Position numbers and translations under genes: made by a program | The notes under the pieces: model-generated | The model's database searches: none | Told to the model about the DNA's origin: nothing | Seen by the model: only the letters and a program-made list of their open reading frames with translations | Assembly (NCBI GenBank): GCA_903876445.1 | Contig: CAIQZX010000011.1 | Span: forward strand, 1,543 to 65,542 | Direction of reading: 5' to 3' | From: an uncultured Pseudomonadota bacterium | GTDB lineage: Bacteria > Pseudomonadota > Gammaproteobacteria > Methylococcales > Methylomonadaceae | DNA length: 64,000 bases | Shown: one piece after another, positions 16,751 to 27,600 of the stretch | How positions within the stretch are numbered: the first letter of the stretch is position 1 | Layout of the letters: each line of letters starts with the position of its first letter

Positions 16751-18652
16751 TTAAGGATAACGACTCAATCGATGCGTCCAAATATAATCCGCCGATTGAT
16801 AATAACCCATCACGTCATTGACTAAATTGGGCTGTGTTTCAGGTTTTAAAATATGATGTTCACCGAGAGGCGCGTAAACCATATCCATTTTTTGTTGTGG
16901 TGATAAATACACCAATTTGTTATCTTTGAACAACCCCAATTTCTGATAATTACTCACTAACGCTCGTCCATTTTCAGGTAACATTTGAAAAATATCTTGC
17001 CCATAAAATTGGCTTTCATAATTTAAATTGAGCAATCCTAAAATGGTTGGTGCAACATCAATTTGACTTGAAAGCGTTTTGTTTTCAACGGCGGGAACGT
17101 GTTTTGGCGCGTAAATAAACAATGGAATGTGATATTTATCAACCGGTAATTCCGTTTTTCGCGCACTACCGGCACAATGATCGGCTACCATGACGAAAAT
17201 CGTATTTTCAAACCAAGGTTTTGTTTTTGCAGTTTTAATAAACTCTTGCATCGCGTAATCGGTATATTTCACCGCACCTTCACGACTTTGACCGGATGGA
17301 ATATCAATTTTTCCTTCGGGATAAGTATATGGACGGTGATTTGTCGTGGTCATAATTTGAAAGAAAAACGGTTTATTTTCACCAAAATCGTTGTCTGCTT
17401 CTTTGATGGTGCGATTAAAAATGACATCATCTGACACGCCCCACGCATTTTTAAACGTCATTTCTTCCGCCGTAAATTCGGTTTGATCAACAATACGATA
17501 ACCGTTACCCGAATAAAACGCATTCATGTTGTCAAAATACCCACGCCCACCATATAAAAACGCCGTGTCATAACCCCGTTCTTGTAAAACATGACCAAGG
17601 TTAAATAATTTCCCATTATCAGGACGTTTTACAATTGACTGTCCAGCGGTTGGTGGGATTGATAATGTCAATGCTTCCAAACCACGAATAGTGCGTGTTC
17701 CGGTTGCGTAAAAATTCGTGAATAACGCGCCGTCTTTAAACCATTCATCCATAAATGGGGTGATTTTTTGAGCATTTCCAAATTTAGTTAAATAATCTGC
17801 ACTCAAACTTTCCACAGTAATTAAAATGATATTTAAGCGTTTTTCTGCGCCCTGCCCTTTAATTTCACGTTTTATGTTGTACAAACCTTCACCACTCGCG
17901 CCTAATTCGGTTTTAATTTTCGCCGATAATTGTGCATCATCGCCTAAACGATAAAATCGATGATAATCCAATTCATTATTGCGAAATGCAGAGAAAAATT
18001 GATACGCCCCATTTGCGGCAATTTCATTTAGATAAGTATTTTGTGAGAACTGATACGTTGAACGACCGATAGCAAAATAACTGATTACAGGTAATAAAAA
18101 TAAAATACCCGCAATTTTTGCTCGACGTTTAAAATTTTCAGTGGCATAAAGTGTCGCGGTTAATAGGCTTTTTACTAGCCAAAAACACGCTATCGAAATA
18201 ATTAAAATACCTGTTAATAATTTACCAAGCGGATACGATTCAATAATGTTTTGAACAACTTCGTGTGTGTAAATTAGGTAATCCACGGCAATAAAATTAA
18301 ACCGCACGCCAAATTCATCCCAAAAAGTCCATTCTGAAAGAACAAGAAAAAATAGCCCGTATAAATTCAACAAAAAGCCCGAAAATACAAACCATTTATG
18401 GGGTTTGCTTTGATACCAATTATTCGGAATTACCAATAAATAAAGCGTGAATGGAATTAACAAATAACTGTAAAAGGCTAAATCATGAATCGCACCGATT
18501 ACAAATGCAAATATAATTTGATAAAACGGTGTATCAATATCTAACCATTGTTTCGCTAATAACGCCACGCGCAATAGCGCGAATGTCAGCAAATTTATAA
18601 ATAAAAATAGACCTAAAATGCTAAAGCGAGAACGTGAAAATGCAGAAAGCAT
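16751..18652 (-). CDS. LTA-synthase/sulfatase-family phospho-transferase (membrane-anchored alkaline-phosphatase superfamily)
   Basis: It has five or so N-terminal TM helices followed by a sulfatase-type domain (NIILITVESLSADYL, TTNHRPYTYPEG, VMVADHCAG). The start is taken at MLSAF (18652) to avoid overlap with the upstream gene. Confidence 0.7.
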   Translation of the reverse strand: MLSAFSRSRFSILGLFLFINLLTFALLRVALLAKQWLDIDTPFYQIIFAFVIGAIHDLAFYSYLLIPFTLYLLVIPNNWYQSKPHKWFVFSGFLLNLYGLFFLVLSEWTFWDEFGVRFNFIAVDYLIYTHEVVQNIIESYPLGKLLTGILIISIACFWLVKSLLTATLYATENFKRRAKIAGILFLLPVISYFAIGRSTYQFSQNTYLNEIAANGAYQFFSAFRNNELDYHRFYRLGDDAQLSAKIKTELGASGEGLYNIKREIKGQGAEKRLNIILITVESLSADYLTKFGNAQKITPFMDEWFKDGALFTNFYATGTRTIRGLEALTLSIPPTAGQSIVKRPDNGKLFNLGHVLQERGYDTAFLYGGRGYFDNMNAFYSGNGYRIVDQTEFTAEEMTFKNAWGVSDDVIFNRTIKEADNDFGENKPFFFQIMTTTNHRPYTYPEGKIDIPSGQSREGAVKYTDYAMQEFIKTAKTKPWFENTIFVMVADHCAGSARKTELPVDKYHIPLFIYAPKHVPAVENKTLSSQIDVAPTILGLLNLNYESQFYGQDIFQMLPENGRALVSNYQKLGLFKDNKLVYLSPQQKMDMVYAPLGEHHILKPETQPNLVNDVMGYYQSADYIWTHRLSRYP

Positions 18653-18656
18653 GATT

Positions 18657-19178
18657 TTAAATATCCATAAATAGCATTGGAATGCCATAAGTTAAGATGA
18701 AATAGCAAAATGCTAACGTCACACTTTTACTAACATCGTATTTAAAAAACCGCCGTAAAATATAAGCAACTATTGCTAAATACCAACTTACTAAAAACAC
18801 CGCCAAACCGATACCAACGTATTCATGATATTCGTAGTGCATTTTTATCAACACAACATCTAAAACTTCGCACAAAATCGCCAACGTCATAATGAAATTT
18901 TCACATACGAAAATGGCAGTAAAAACACGCTGAAATAATAAAATGTTTTTCTGAAAAAACAAAAAGGTAGCAACTGACGAAAATGCCATAATCGTCCGCA
19001 AAGACACTTCTAACGTTCCATCAGCAAAATCTGCAATTAACCCTTCGACGATAATGCCCGAAATTAAATAAAAAATAATGCAATTGTATGAAAAGTTACG
19101 ACTTGGCATTAAATCGGTAGGATCGCTTTTAAACCAACAAAGTTTGAGATAAGAACTAAGTAATGACATAACGGACAA
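18657..19178 (-). CDS. Polytopic membrane protein, unknown family
   Basis: 173 aa with four to five hydrophobic helices. It sits 4 nt upstream of the sulfatase-family gene. Confidence 0.4.
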   Translation of the reverse strand: MSVMSLLSSYLKLCWFKSDPTDLMPSRNFSYNCIIFYLISGIIVEGLIADFADGTLEVSLRTIMAFSSVATFLFFQKNILLFQRVFTAIFVCENFIMTLAILCEVLDVVLIKMHYEYHEYVGIGLAVFLVSWYLAIVAYILRRFFKYDVSKSVTLAFCYFILTYGIPMLFMDI

Positions 19179-19181
19179 AAT

Positions 19182-20072
19182 TTATTTCGCTTGTTGTAGT
19201 AAAGTGATTAAACGGGTGGCGATAACTTCGCTCATTTGTGTTAAAAACAAATGCCCCATACTGGCATGAAAACGTTTCTCATCGCGGCTTCCAATCGCTA
19301 ATAAACCTTCTAAACCGGTGTATAACATCGGTACAATCGCACACGATTTGACTTCGTTGGCTTGAAAACCAAATAACACTCGCGCTTGCATTATCGTTGG
19401 TTTACCGCAACTGGGTTTTCCACTTCGCAATTCATTATCAAATGGCTTTAAATCTTTGCTGTCGGATGAAATGAAAATTCCATCTAAATTTTCTGTATCC
19501 GATGAAGTTTGAATTAAACGAATCGCGACAAAATCGGTTAAAAAATACTCCGTCAAAACAATGTTCAAATTTGTGACAGCTTCTTTTAATGTTTTTGCAT
19601 CATGCAACGCCAAATTCAATTTGTGCATTCGACTTAATGCTGTGTCGTTGTCCCGCGCAATTTTAATCAATTCGGTTAATTGATTTTCCATATCGTGATA
19701 ACGCGCCCGAAATAATTCCAATTGTTTTGAAATTAGTGAAACTGACCCACCAGCCGCATGTGGAATACTAAGTTTTTCCAATAACTGAACGTGCTGATGA
19801 AAAAAATCGGGATGGGCTTGCAAATAATCTGCAACATCTTCGGCATTTAGACTGCGTGTTTCTTTTTGAATTTCTGGGACAGGTAATTGTGAAACTTCGA
19901 CTTTTTTTGCTCGCGGTTTTGTTACCGGTTTTACAAGTTTTATTGGCTCTACTTTTTTTTCTTTAACTTTTGAAATCGGTTCAACTTGCACAAGAGATTG
20001 CTTTTCAACTTTCGGTTTCGTCACACGCGATGTGCGAGTTTTTTTCACAGGTATTTCTAACTCTTCATTCAT
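19182..20072 (-). CDS. DUF484 (YigA-like) protein with a Lys/Val/Pro-rich N-terminal extension
   Basis: [45 protein letters not shown] is the DUF484 signature. It shows ATGA start/stop coupling with dapF, as in the usual dapF-yigA-xerC arrangement. Confidence 0.7.
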   Translation of the reverse strand: MNEELEIPVKKTRTSRVTKPKVEKQSLVQVEPISKVKEKKVEPIKLVKPVTKPRAKKVEVSQLPVPEIQKETRSLNAEDVADYLQAHPDFFHQHVQLLEKLSIPHAAGGSVSLISKQLELFRARYHDMENQLTELIKIARDNDTALSRMHKLNLALHDAKTLKEAVTNLNIVLTEYFLTDFVAIRLIQTSSDTENLDGIFISSDSKDLKPFDNELRSGKPSCGKPTIMQARVLFGFQANEVKSCAIVPMLYTGLEGLLAIGSRDEKRFHASMGHLFLTQMSEVIATRLITLLQQAK

Positions 20073-20893
20073 AACGCAATAAATCCTTCAAAAACAGAAA
20101 CTGCCGCTCCCGTCATAAACACAGGCTCACCTCGTCCTGCCCAACTAATGTTTAAATTTCCACCAGGCAATTCAACTTCCACTGTGTCACTTAATAAATT
20201 TTGCTCGATACCAATCACGACAGCAGCACACGCGCCACTTCCACAGGCTTGCGTTTCACCTGCGCCGCGTTCATAAACACGCAATTTAATTGATTTTTTA
20301 TCAACAACTTGCATAAAGCCAATGTTCGCGCGTTCGGGAAAAATGGCGTGACTTTCAAGTTCCGCTCCAATCGTTTCAACAGGTGCCATTTTTATATCAT
20401 TTACTTGCAAAACCGCGTGTGGATTTCCCATTGAAACTGCCCCAAATGCTTTTTCAATACCATTTACTTTTACGGTATAGAAACGGGCTTCTTGATTTTC
20501 CATCAGAGGAATTTCAGCCGGCAAATGTCGTGGAACGCCCATGTTGACAGTGATTAAATCGTCGCTAGTAAAACTGAGAACTAATTGCCCTGATTTTGTT
20601 TCAACGACAATTTCATCTTTATCTGTTAATTTTTTATCGCGTACAAACCTTGCAAAACAGCGTGCGCCATTTCCACATTGTCCCACTTCACTACCATCGG
20701 CATTGAAAATGCGATATTTGAAATCGGCATTTAACTGATTTGTTTTTTCAACGACTAAAAGCTGATCAAAACCGATTCCTGTATGGCGATTTGCCATAAA
20801 CCGAATTTTTTTTGGTGTCAGTGAAATGCGTTGATTGATTGCATCGACAACAACGAAATCATTGCCTAAGCCGTGCATTTTTGTAAATTTCAT
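20069..20893 (-). CDS. dapF: Diaminopimelate epimerase
   Basis: [17 protein letters not shown]..., with both catalytic Cys motifs ([19 protein letters not shown]). The start is taken at MKF rather than at the longer ORF-track start. Confidence 0.93.
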   Translation of the reverse strand: MKFTKMHGLGNDFVVVDAINQRISLTPKKIRFMANRHTGIGFDQLLVVEKTNQLNADFKYRIFNADGSEVGQCGNGARCFARFVRDKKLTDKDEIVVETKSGQLVLSFTSDDLITVNMGVPRHLPAEIPLMENQEARFYTVKVNGIEKAFGAVSMGNPHAVLQVNDIKMAPVETIGAELESHAIFPERANIGFMQVVDKKSIKLRVYERGAGETQACGSGACAAVVIGIEQNLLSDTVEVELPGGNLNISWAGRGEPVFMTGAAVSVFEGFIAL

Positions 20894-20906
20894 AACTTTT
20901 CTATCA

Positions 20907-22349
20907 TTAAACTTTTGTACCACCGACGGTTAATCCGTCGATTTTTAAAGTGGGTTGCCCCACACCAACGGGAACACTTTGCCCATCTTTACCACAGGTG
21001 CCAACACCGCTATCAAGTTCTAAATCGTTACCAACCATTGATACTTTCGTCAAAACATCAGGCCCATTTCCAATTAACGTAGCACCCTTTACAGGTCGTG
21101 TGATTTTACCGTTTTCAATTAAATAGGCTTCACTAGCAGAAAATACAAATTTTCCAGACGTAATATCTACTTGCCCACCTGCAAAATTTTTCGCATATAA
21201 ACCATTTTTAACAGAAGCAATAATTTCATCCGGTTGATGTTGCCCCGCCAACATATAGGTATTCGTCATTCGTGGCATGGGCAAATGCGAATAAGATTCA
21301 CGTCTACCGTTACCGGTTGGATTTACGCCCATTAAACGTGCATTTAAACGATCTTGCATATAACCTTTTAAAATTCCTTTTTCGATTAATACCGTATTTT
21401 CAGTTTGTGTACCTTCATCATCAATACTTAAAGAGCCGCGCCTTCCATATAAGGTGCCATCATCAACAACCGTACATAATGGCGATGCCACTCGCTCACC
21501 AACGCGCCCACTAAATGCTGACGTGCCTTTACGGTTGAAATCCCCTTCCAAACCATGACCAATTGCTTCGTGCAACAAAATTCCAGGCCAGCCCGAACCA
21601 AGAACAACGGTCATATTTCCAGCTGGTGCTTCATCAGCTTCTAGGTTTACTAATGCTTGACGTAAGGCTTCGCTAGCGTAATTCATTGCCGTATTTTGTT
21701 CAAAGAACATCGCGTAATCACAACGTCCGCCGCCGCCCATACTGCTTTGTTCACGTTTGCCATTCTCAACAACAATAACGGTTACATTTAATCGCACTAA
21801 CGGACGAACATCAGCAAGCAAATGCCCATCTTGATTTGCCACCAAAATATGTTCATGTACAGCAGATAAACTGATGATGACTTCTTCGATGCGAGAATCT
21901 AACGCACGAGTTTGGGTATCGAGCTGTTTTAAAAAATCGATTTTTTTCTGATCTTCGAAAGATTTCAACGGATTTAATGCTGGATATAAACGCCGTGTAT
22001 TTTGATCAATCGCCTTTAAATTCACCTGTGCATTTTGCGCCTGACGGGTGATTGCTTTGACATTATTTATGGCATCCAACAAAACCGAAATTTCTAATCT
22101 ATCACTATAAGCAAAACCCGTTTTTTCACCCACCACCGCACGCACACCAGCACCTTGTTCAATGCTGTGATGACCTTCTTTCACAATGCCACTTTCAAGC
22201 ACCCACGATTCTGAATGACTAGATTGAAAATAAATATCAGCGGCATCAACGTCCGTACTGAGCAAATGATTCATCAATTTTTCAATATCGGAATCCTGAA
22301 TGTTTGCAGGAGTTAGAATGGATTGTCGTGCTAATTGAAGTAAGTGCAT
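20907..22349 (-). CDS. tldD: Metalloprotease TldD
   Basis: It has the [11 protein letters not shown] zinc motif. Its length and N-terminus ([15 protein letters not shown]) are colinear with E. coli TldD. The start is taken at MHLLQ. Confidence 0.9.
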   Translation of the reverse strand: MHLLQLARQSILTPANIQDSDIEKLMNHLLSTDVDAADIYFQSSHSESWVLESGIVKEGHHSIEQGAGVRAVVGEKTGFAYSDRLEISVLLDAINNVKAITRQAQNAQVNLKAIDQNTRRLYPALNPLKSFEDQKKIDFLKQLDTQTRALDSRIEEVIISLSAVHEHILVANQDGHLLADVRPLVRLNVTVIVVENGKREQSSMGGGGRCDYAMFFEQNTAMNYASEALRQALVNLEADEAPAGNMTVVLGSGWPGILLHEAIGHGLEGDFNRKGTSAFSGRVGERVASPLCTVVDDGTLYGRRGSLSIDDEGTQTENTVLIEKGILKGYMQDRLNARLMGVNPTGNGRRESYSHLPMPRMTNTYMLAGQHQPDEIIASVKNGLYAKNFAGGQVDITSGKFVFSASEAYLIENGKITRPVKGATLIGNGPDVLTKVSMVGNDLELDSGVGTCGKDGQSVPVGVGQPTLKIDGLTVGGTKV

Positions 22350-22399
22350 AAAACCTGATTTGAATGTGAATGCACACAACGTGTGCTTGATTATTTAAG

Positions 22400-22450
22400 A
22401 ATAACACCGCCATTTTAGAATTATTATCAAGTCTAAAATACGGTGTTATT
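22400..22450 (-). terminator. Compound hairpin downstream of the NlpE-like gene
   Basis: An outer 10-bp stem (aataacaccg / cggtgttatt) encloses an inner 7-bp stem (ttttaga / tctaaaa). It lies between the NlpE-like stop and the tldD start. Confidence 0.5.
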
Positions 22451-22461
22451 TGAAAAACGAA

Positions 22462-22998
22462 TTAGTGAATATGAACTTCGCGTGATTTAACTGTGTCGCT
22501 TCTACGCAAAATATAACGATCCGCCAGTTCTCCGGTCGCTTGTTTTCCCTCGTCATCGAGTTGAATCAACGTGCCTTCATCTTTAATCCGATATTGACGT
22601 GTGTTTGACTCATTATCGCGCGGCGTCAACAACACTAGTTTATTTTCTTCATTCCAAGTGTATTTTCCTTTTTCATAAAATTCTCTTGAGGATTCTTTTG
22701 CCTGCTGAGTTACGAGCAAATAATTACTATTATTTTTTAAAGAAAGGGTTGCTTTAATGCCATTACAATTTTCGCAAGGAAGAAAACCATAAAACACCCC
22801 ATGAAACTCCTGAGTTTTATCAACAGGATTCAAATGGGCGGCGTGTTCAGCTTCTTGTTGATGATTCATGACACGCGCTTCAAGAAATTTTTGTTGTGCT
22901 GTTAAATCTGTCGCGGCATTCACAGAATTGACAGAAAATAGAACGCTGACAAAAAATAAAGCCAAACTTTGTTTTAACTGTTTTTTTAATGTATTCAT
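22462..22998 (-). CDS. NlpE N-terminal-domain (copper-resistance/CutF-like) protein
   Basis: It has a signal peptide. FHGVFYGFLPCENCNGIKATLSL matches the NlpE N-domain Y.G.LPCADC.GI pattern. Confidence 0.65.
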   Translation of the reverse strand: MNTLKKQLKQSLALFFVSVLFSVNSVNAATDLTAQQKFLEARVMNHQQEAEHAAHLNPVDKTQEFHGVFYGFLPCENCNGIKATLSLKNNSNYLLVTQQAKESSREFYEKGKYTWNEENKLVLLTPRDNESNTRQYRIKDEGTLIQLDDEGKQATGELADRYILRRSDTVKSREVHIH

Positions 22999-23045
22999 AA
23001 AATCACCATTCAAAAGTTATCTAACATTTTTTTGAAATTGAAACG

Positions 23046-24179
23046 TTATTTTTGTCCCAATAAATCCACCAACATTTGTTCATAAATTTTGCTCAAAACC
23101 TCTAAATCTGCGATACCAATGTGTTCATTCACTTTGTGAATACTGGCATTTAACGCACCTAGTTCTATAACCTGTGCGCCGGTCGGTGCGATAAAACGTC
23201 CATCCGATGTACCGCCACCGGTATCATCGAGCGTTTCAAAACCGGTTACGGTTTTAATTGCATTATGTGCTGCGTCAATCAACGCGCCTTTCGATGTTAA
23301 AAACGGATCGCCAGACAAACGCCATTTAATGTCATAGTTCAAATCATGCCGATTTAAAATTTCTTCCGTCCGCTGTTTGATAATCTCAGTCGTTAATTCA
23401 GTGCTAAAACGCAAATTAAATTGCACATTCGCATTTGCAGGAATGACATTTTCCGCGCCCGCACCGCTGTGTATATTTGAGATTTGCAAACTTGTTGCAG
23501 GAAAAAACGCATTGCCATTATCCCAGATTTCACTGACCAAGTCGTTTAACGCCGGCGTTATTTTATGAATTGGATTGTCGGCTAATTCTGGGTAAGCGAC
23601 ATGACCTTGAATACCATGAACGGTTAAATTGGCATTCAATGACCCTCGTCGTCCGACACGAATCACATCACCAATTTGCTTGTCACTCGATGGCTCACCA
23701 ACTAAACACCAGTCGATTTTATCACCACGCTTTTCTAAAACTTCAACGACTTTTACCACGCCATTTGTCGCCGCGCCTTCTTCATCGCTGGTTAACATAA
23801 TTGCAATCGAACCGATATGATTTGGGTGGTTTTCGATAAATCTTTCAACCGCAGTCATGAAACACGCAATCCCACCTTTCATGTCTGCTGCGCCACGTCC
23901 ATATAGGTTTCCACCAAGAATAGTAGGTTCAAATGGTGGTGATTCCCACAAATCTAACGCGCCAACAGGCACAACGTCGGTATGACCCAAAAATACAAAT
24001 AACGGTTTTTCTGTGCCACGACGTAGCCACATATTTTCCGTGTCGCCAAAATTCAATCGCTCATCAGTAAAGCCCGACGGAGTTAAACGATTAGCGATCA
24101 AATCCAAACATCCGGCATCATTCGGCGTAACAGATTCCCGTCGAATCAGATTTTTTAATAATTCTATCGTATCTGTCAT
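23046..24179 (-). CDS. dapE: Succinyl-diaminopimelate desuccinylase
   Basis: 377 aa of the M20 family (GHTDVVP, RGAADMKG, SDEEG) and colinear with E. coli DapE. The arsC-family neighbour matches the E. coli yffB-dapE arrangement. Confidence 0.93.
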   Translation of the reverse strand: MTDTIELLKNLIRRESVTPNDAGCLDLIANRLTPSGFTDERLNFGDTENMWLRRGTEKPLFVFLGHTDVVPVGALDLWESPPFEPTILGGNLYGRGAADMKGGIACFMTAVERFIENHPNHIGSIAIMLTSDEEGAATNGVVKVVEVLEKRGDKIDWCLVGEPSSDKQIGDVIRVGRRGSLNANLTVHGIQGHVAYPELADNPIHKITPALNDLVSEIWDNGNAFFPATSLQISNIHSGAGAENVIPANANVQFNLRFSTELTTEIIKQRTEEILNRHDLNYDIKWRLSGDPFLTSKGALIDAAHNAIKTVTGFETLDDTGGGTSDGRFIAPTGAQVIELGALNASIHKVNEHIGIADLEVLSKIYEQMLVDLLGQK

Positions 24180-24526
24180 AACAAAAGCGTTTCGTAAATT
24201 TTAATATCAAAACCAACGACTAATTCTTTACCTGTATCTAACACAGGACGTTTCATTAAAGTTGGATATTCAATTATCAACGGCAATGCGGTTTCAATCT
24301 TTGAACAAAGTTGCTGTTGCTCTGGTGTAAATTTACGCCAAGTTGACCCTTTACGATTCACTAAAACTTGCCAATCATCAAGCTGTGCAGCAAATTTTTG
24401 CAACAGTTCCAAAGGAATACCGTCACGACGTATTTCGTACCATTGATATGAAATTTGATTTACGTTCAGCCAATAACGCGCTTTTTTGACTGTGTCACAA
24501 GTCGATAAACCGTAAAGGATAATCAT
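24176..24526 (-). CDS. ArsC/Spx-family protein (YffB-like)
   Basis: MIILYGLSTCDTVKKARYWL...NRKGSTWRKF aligns with E. coli YffB. The start is taken at MIILYG. Confidence 0.8.
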   Translation of the reverse strand: MIILYGLSTCDTVKKARYWLNVNQISYQWYEIRRDGIPLELLQKFAAQLDDWQVLVNRKGSTWRKFTPEQQQLCSKIETALPLIIEYPTLMKRPVLDTGKELVVGFDIKIYETLLL

Positions 24527-24530
24527 GACA

Positions 24531-24785
24531 TTAACCCTCTGAATCCGAGTCGCCACCGAGCAAATCTTCAATTGCGGGTAAATCTGGTTCGCTTTTTAAA
24601 CGAATTTTATAAACATCAATAAGTTCCATTAACGCTTGTTCCAAATCACCCAAAATTTCTTCTTCATTTTCGATTTCGTCATCAGGTACTTCACCTGATT
24701 CCAAATAATCTTGTTGTGTGTTGACCGAATCTTCGACGGACAAAATCGCATACATCAAGGTGGTGCTAGAAATATCTTTACTCAT
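24531..24785 (-). CDS. Small highly acidic hypothetical protein
   Basis: 84 aa, D/E-rich, with no TM helix. It packs tightly between queC and the arsC-family gene. I recognise no family. Confidence 0.4.
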   Translation of the reverse strand: MSKDISSTTLMYAILSVEDSVNTQQDYLESGEVPDDEIENEEEILGDLEQALMELIDVYKIRLKSEPDLPAIEDLLGGDSDSEG

Positions 24786-24818
24786 GGTTTTACCTCTTAG
24801 TTGTGAAAAAATAAATTG

Positions 24819-25490
24819 TTAAATTGCGTAACGTGTTGAATCTTCAATGCCAGCGGTTAAAAATCCTGTTTTGCGTAATCGACACGCATCACAAGTTCCG
24901 CACGCTTCACCGTTTTCATTAGCAGAATAACACGAAACGGTTTGTCGATAATCAACGCCTAAGGATGTTCCACGCGCAATAATTTCTGCTTTGCTTAAAT
25001 AAATCAACGGTGTGTGAATTTTAAATGGTTCGCCTTCCACACTGGCTTTTGTCGCAACATTTGCCAATGTTTCAAATGCAGCAATAAATTCTGGTCGGCA
25101 ATCTGGATAACCCGAATAATCGACGGCATTTACGCCAATAAAAATATCTTGAGCATGTAAAACTTCAGCCCAACCTAAAGCGAGTGATAAAAAAACAGTA
25201 TTTCGAGCAGGAACATAAGTAACGGGAATGCCTGCTCCTAAAGTTTGCGGCACAGCAATTTCTGCATCTGTCAATGCGCTACCGCCAATTGAACCTAAAT
25301 CCAAACTCACGACTTTTCGCACGACATCGTAATCGGCAGCGATTTTTTCGCCCGCTTGTAATTCGGCTTTATTGCGCTGACCGTAATTAAAACTTAACGC
25401 GAAACATTCATAGCCTTGTGCTTGTGCCATGGCTAAAACAGTAACGGAATCCAATCCGCCTGAAAGTAAAACAACCGCTTTTTTTTGCAT
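24819..25490 (-). CDS. queC: 7-cyano-7-deazaguanine synthase
   Basis: It has the PP-loop VLLSGGLDS and a C-terminal Cys cluster (CGTCDAC). Confidence 0.93.
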   Translation of the reverse strand: MQKKAVVLLSGGLDSVTVLAMAQAQGYECFALSFNYGQRNKAELQAGEKIAADYDVVRKVVSLDLGSIGGSALTDAEIAVPQTLGAGIPVTYVPARNTVFLSLALGWAEVLHAQDIFIGVNAVDYSGYPDCRPEFIAAFETLANVATKASVEGEPFKIHTPLIYLSKAEIIARGTSLGVDYRQTVSCYSANENGEACGTCDACRLRKTGFLTAGIEDSTRYAI

Positions 25491-25493
25491 TTA

Positions 25494-26129
25494 TTATTTT
25501 CCTTGCGCGTCTTGCCACAAGAGTTTGTGAAGTTGAATTTGAAAACGAACCCGTAATTTATCCGCTAAAATTTTTTCTGCCAATTGAGTAGGATTTTGTT
25601 GTGGTACAACGGGCGAAAATAAAATTTGGCAACGTTTTGTTAATTGATAATCTTCCATCATTTTCTTTGACCAATCGTAATCGTCATCGCCTGTAATGAC
25701 AAACTTTACTTGATCTTGTGCCGTTAAAGATTCGATATTTTCATAACGATTTTTTTCACATTCGCCCGAACTGGGTGTTTTTAAATCCATAACTTTAACA
25801 ATTCGACTATCAACTTTTGATACGTCTAATGCACCACTCGTTTCAAGTGAAACACTAAAACCTTCGTCTGCTAATTTAGTTAACAAATCTAAACACGCTG
25901 GTTGCGCCAAAGGTTCGCCACCAGTGACACAAACAGTCTTACAATCATATTTTTGAATTTCAATCAAAATATCAGTAAGGAACATTTTTTGCCCACCTGA
26001 AAACGCATAACTGGTGTCGCAATAATTACACCGCAACGGACAACCAGTCAAACGGACAAAAACTGTCGGTAAGCCAACCGTGTTAGATTCGCCTTGTAAA
26101 GAATAAAAAATTTCGCTGATGCGTAACAT
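25494..26129 (-). CDS. queE: 7-carboxy-7-deazaguanine synthase (radical SAM)
   Basis: ISEIFYSLQGES..G.PTVFVRLTGCPLRCNYCDT is the QueE N-terminus with its Cx3Cx2C-like cluster. Confidence 0.9.
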   Translation of the reverse strand: MLRISEIFYSLQGESNTVGLPTVFVRLTGCPLRCNYCDTSYAFSGGQKMFLTDILIEIQKYDCKTVCVTGGEPLAQPACLDLLTKLADEGFSVSLETSGALDVSKVDSRIVKVMDLKTPSSGECEKNRYENIESLTAQDQVKFVITGDDDYDWSKKMMEDYQLTKRCQILFSPVVPQQNPTQLAEKILADKLRVRFQIQLHKLLWQDAQGK

Positions 26130-26969
26130 TTAATTTGGCATTTCATTAAGTTGCTGCAATTTTTTTGCAGCAACTTGAGCGGGTTTAGAATTCGGAAAGT
26201 CTGTAATGACGCGCGTGAAATACTCTTTGGCTTTAGGTGTGTTTTTAGTATCTATTTCAATCATGCCCAATTCTAACAAGGTATCCGGCACTTTTTGGCT
26301 AGTCGGATATTTTTCCAAAACAGCATTAAATGCTTTTTTTGCTGAACTTACATCTTTGTTCACACGATGCGCTTTACCTAACCAAAATTGCGCGTTATTC
26401 GCGTATAAATTCGTCGGATCTTTGCTTAATAGTGTATTGAATTGTGTAATCGCTTCGGCAACTTGACCGTTACGGAACGCTTCAAAAGCTTGTAAATACT
26501 GCTGTTTTTTCTCATCAACAGGTGTTGCAGCAGGAGCAGATACTGCTGGCGCAACTGCAGAAACTGCCGTAGGTTTCGAGGGCGTAGGTGCATCCGTAGT
26601 CGGTTCTGATTCTTTTTCTTTTACAGCAGGGGTTTCGGAAGAAGCCACCGATTTTGAACCACTTACTTTTGATTCAACTTGCTGCAAACGATCATCAAAA
26701 TCTGCATACATGGCCGATTGCTTTTTTTTCATTTCAGCAATCAAATTGGCTTGCTCTTCAAGTTTACCGTTCAATTGTTGAATTTCAACCTGCGCTTCGT
26801 CCAAACGAGTCATCAATTCAAACGTACTATTCATCGGCGCACTGACCGCAACTTGCGAACGAGACGATGATCCTCCCGTTGGGTAAGCCGAATTATCAAT
26901 TACAGGTGCTAGCGAATCCGCTAACACCGCCGAACTCAAAAGAAGTAAAAGCGCAGGGGATTTTTTCAT
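26130..26969 (-). CDS. cpoB: Tol-Pal system protein CpoB/YbgF
   Basis: It has a signal peptide, an N-terminal coiled coil and C-terminal TPR repeats. It follows pal directly. Confidence 0.85.
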   Translation of the reverse strand: MKKSPALLLLLSSAVLADSLAPVIDNSAYPTGGSSSRSQVAVSAPMNSTFELMTRLDEAQVEIQQLNGKLEEQANLIAEMKKKQSAMYADFDDRLQQVESKVSGSKSVASSETPAVKEKESEPTTDAPTPSKPTAVSAVAPAVSAPAATPVDEKKQQYLQAFEAFRNGQVAEAITQFNTLLSKDPTNLYANNAQFWLGKAHRVNKDVSSAKKAFNAVLEKYPTSQKVPDTLLELGMIEIDTKNTPKAKEYFTRVITDFPNSKPAQVAAKKLQQLNEMPN

Positions 26970-26970
26970 A

Positions 26971-27561
26971 TTAGTAAGCTATCTCAACGCGACGATTTAA
27001 TTCCCAAGACGACTCATCATGACCCATCGCAACAGGTTTTTCTTCGCCGTAGCTGACAATACCAAGTTGGCTTTCAGAAACACCTTGTGCTTTTAACATT
27101 CCAGCTACCGTTTTTGAACGTTGCTCACCTAATGCAATGTTATATTCACGCGAACCACGTTCATCACCATTGCCTTCTAACACAACGTGCTGACTTGGAT
27201 TTGCTAATAAATAACGCGCGTGAGCGGCAATTACGGGAATAAAATCTTGTTGAACTTGACTACTGTCCAACATGAAATAAATTGTGCGTTTTGAAAGTGG
27301 GTTATTTGGATCGCTAAATTCAGGAGGCAAACCATTTGCACCTTTTGAGCCGTATTTACCACCGTTAGCTCCGAAACGACCACCCATTCCCGAACCGTTC
27401 ATACCTGAACTATCGTTTAAACCACTTACTGACGCATCGTTCATTCCGCCATTTAAACTTCCGTCGGTCAAACTTGCGTCCTTTTCTTCATCAGAACTAC
27501 AACCGGTCAAAGTTAAAGCACTCATTATGGCGATTGTTGCCAATGTTTTTGTAAATTTCAT
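26971..27561 (-). CDS. pal: Peptidoglycan-associated lipoprotein Pal
   Basis: It has a lipobox (LTGCSS), a G/S/N-rich linker and an OmpA-like C-domain (GNGDERGSREYNIALGEQR...NRRVEI). Confidence 0.92.
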   Translation of the reverse strand: MKFTKTLATIAIMSALTLTGCSSDEEKDASLTDGSLNGGMNDASVSGLNDSSGMNGSGMGGRFGANGGKYGSKGANGLPPEFSDPNNPLSKRTIYFMLDSSQVQQDFIPVIAAHARYLLANPSQHVVLEGNGDERGSREYNIALGEQRSKTVAGMLKAQGVSESQLGIVSYGEEKPVAMGHDESSWELNRRVEIAY

Positions 27562-27600
27562 GTTACTTTCCAAAAATGTGGGATTAAAAATTAAAAATAA

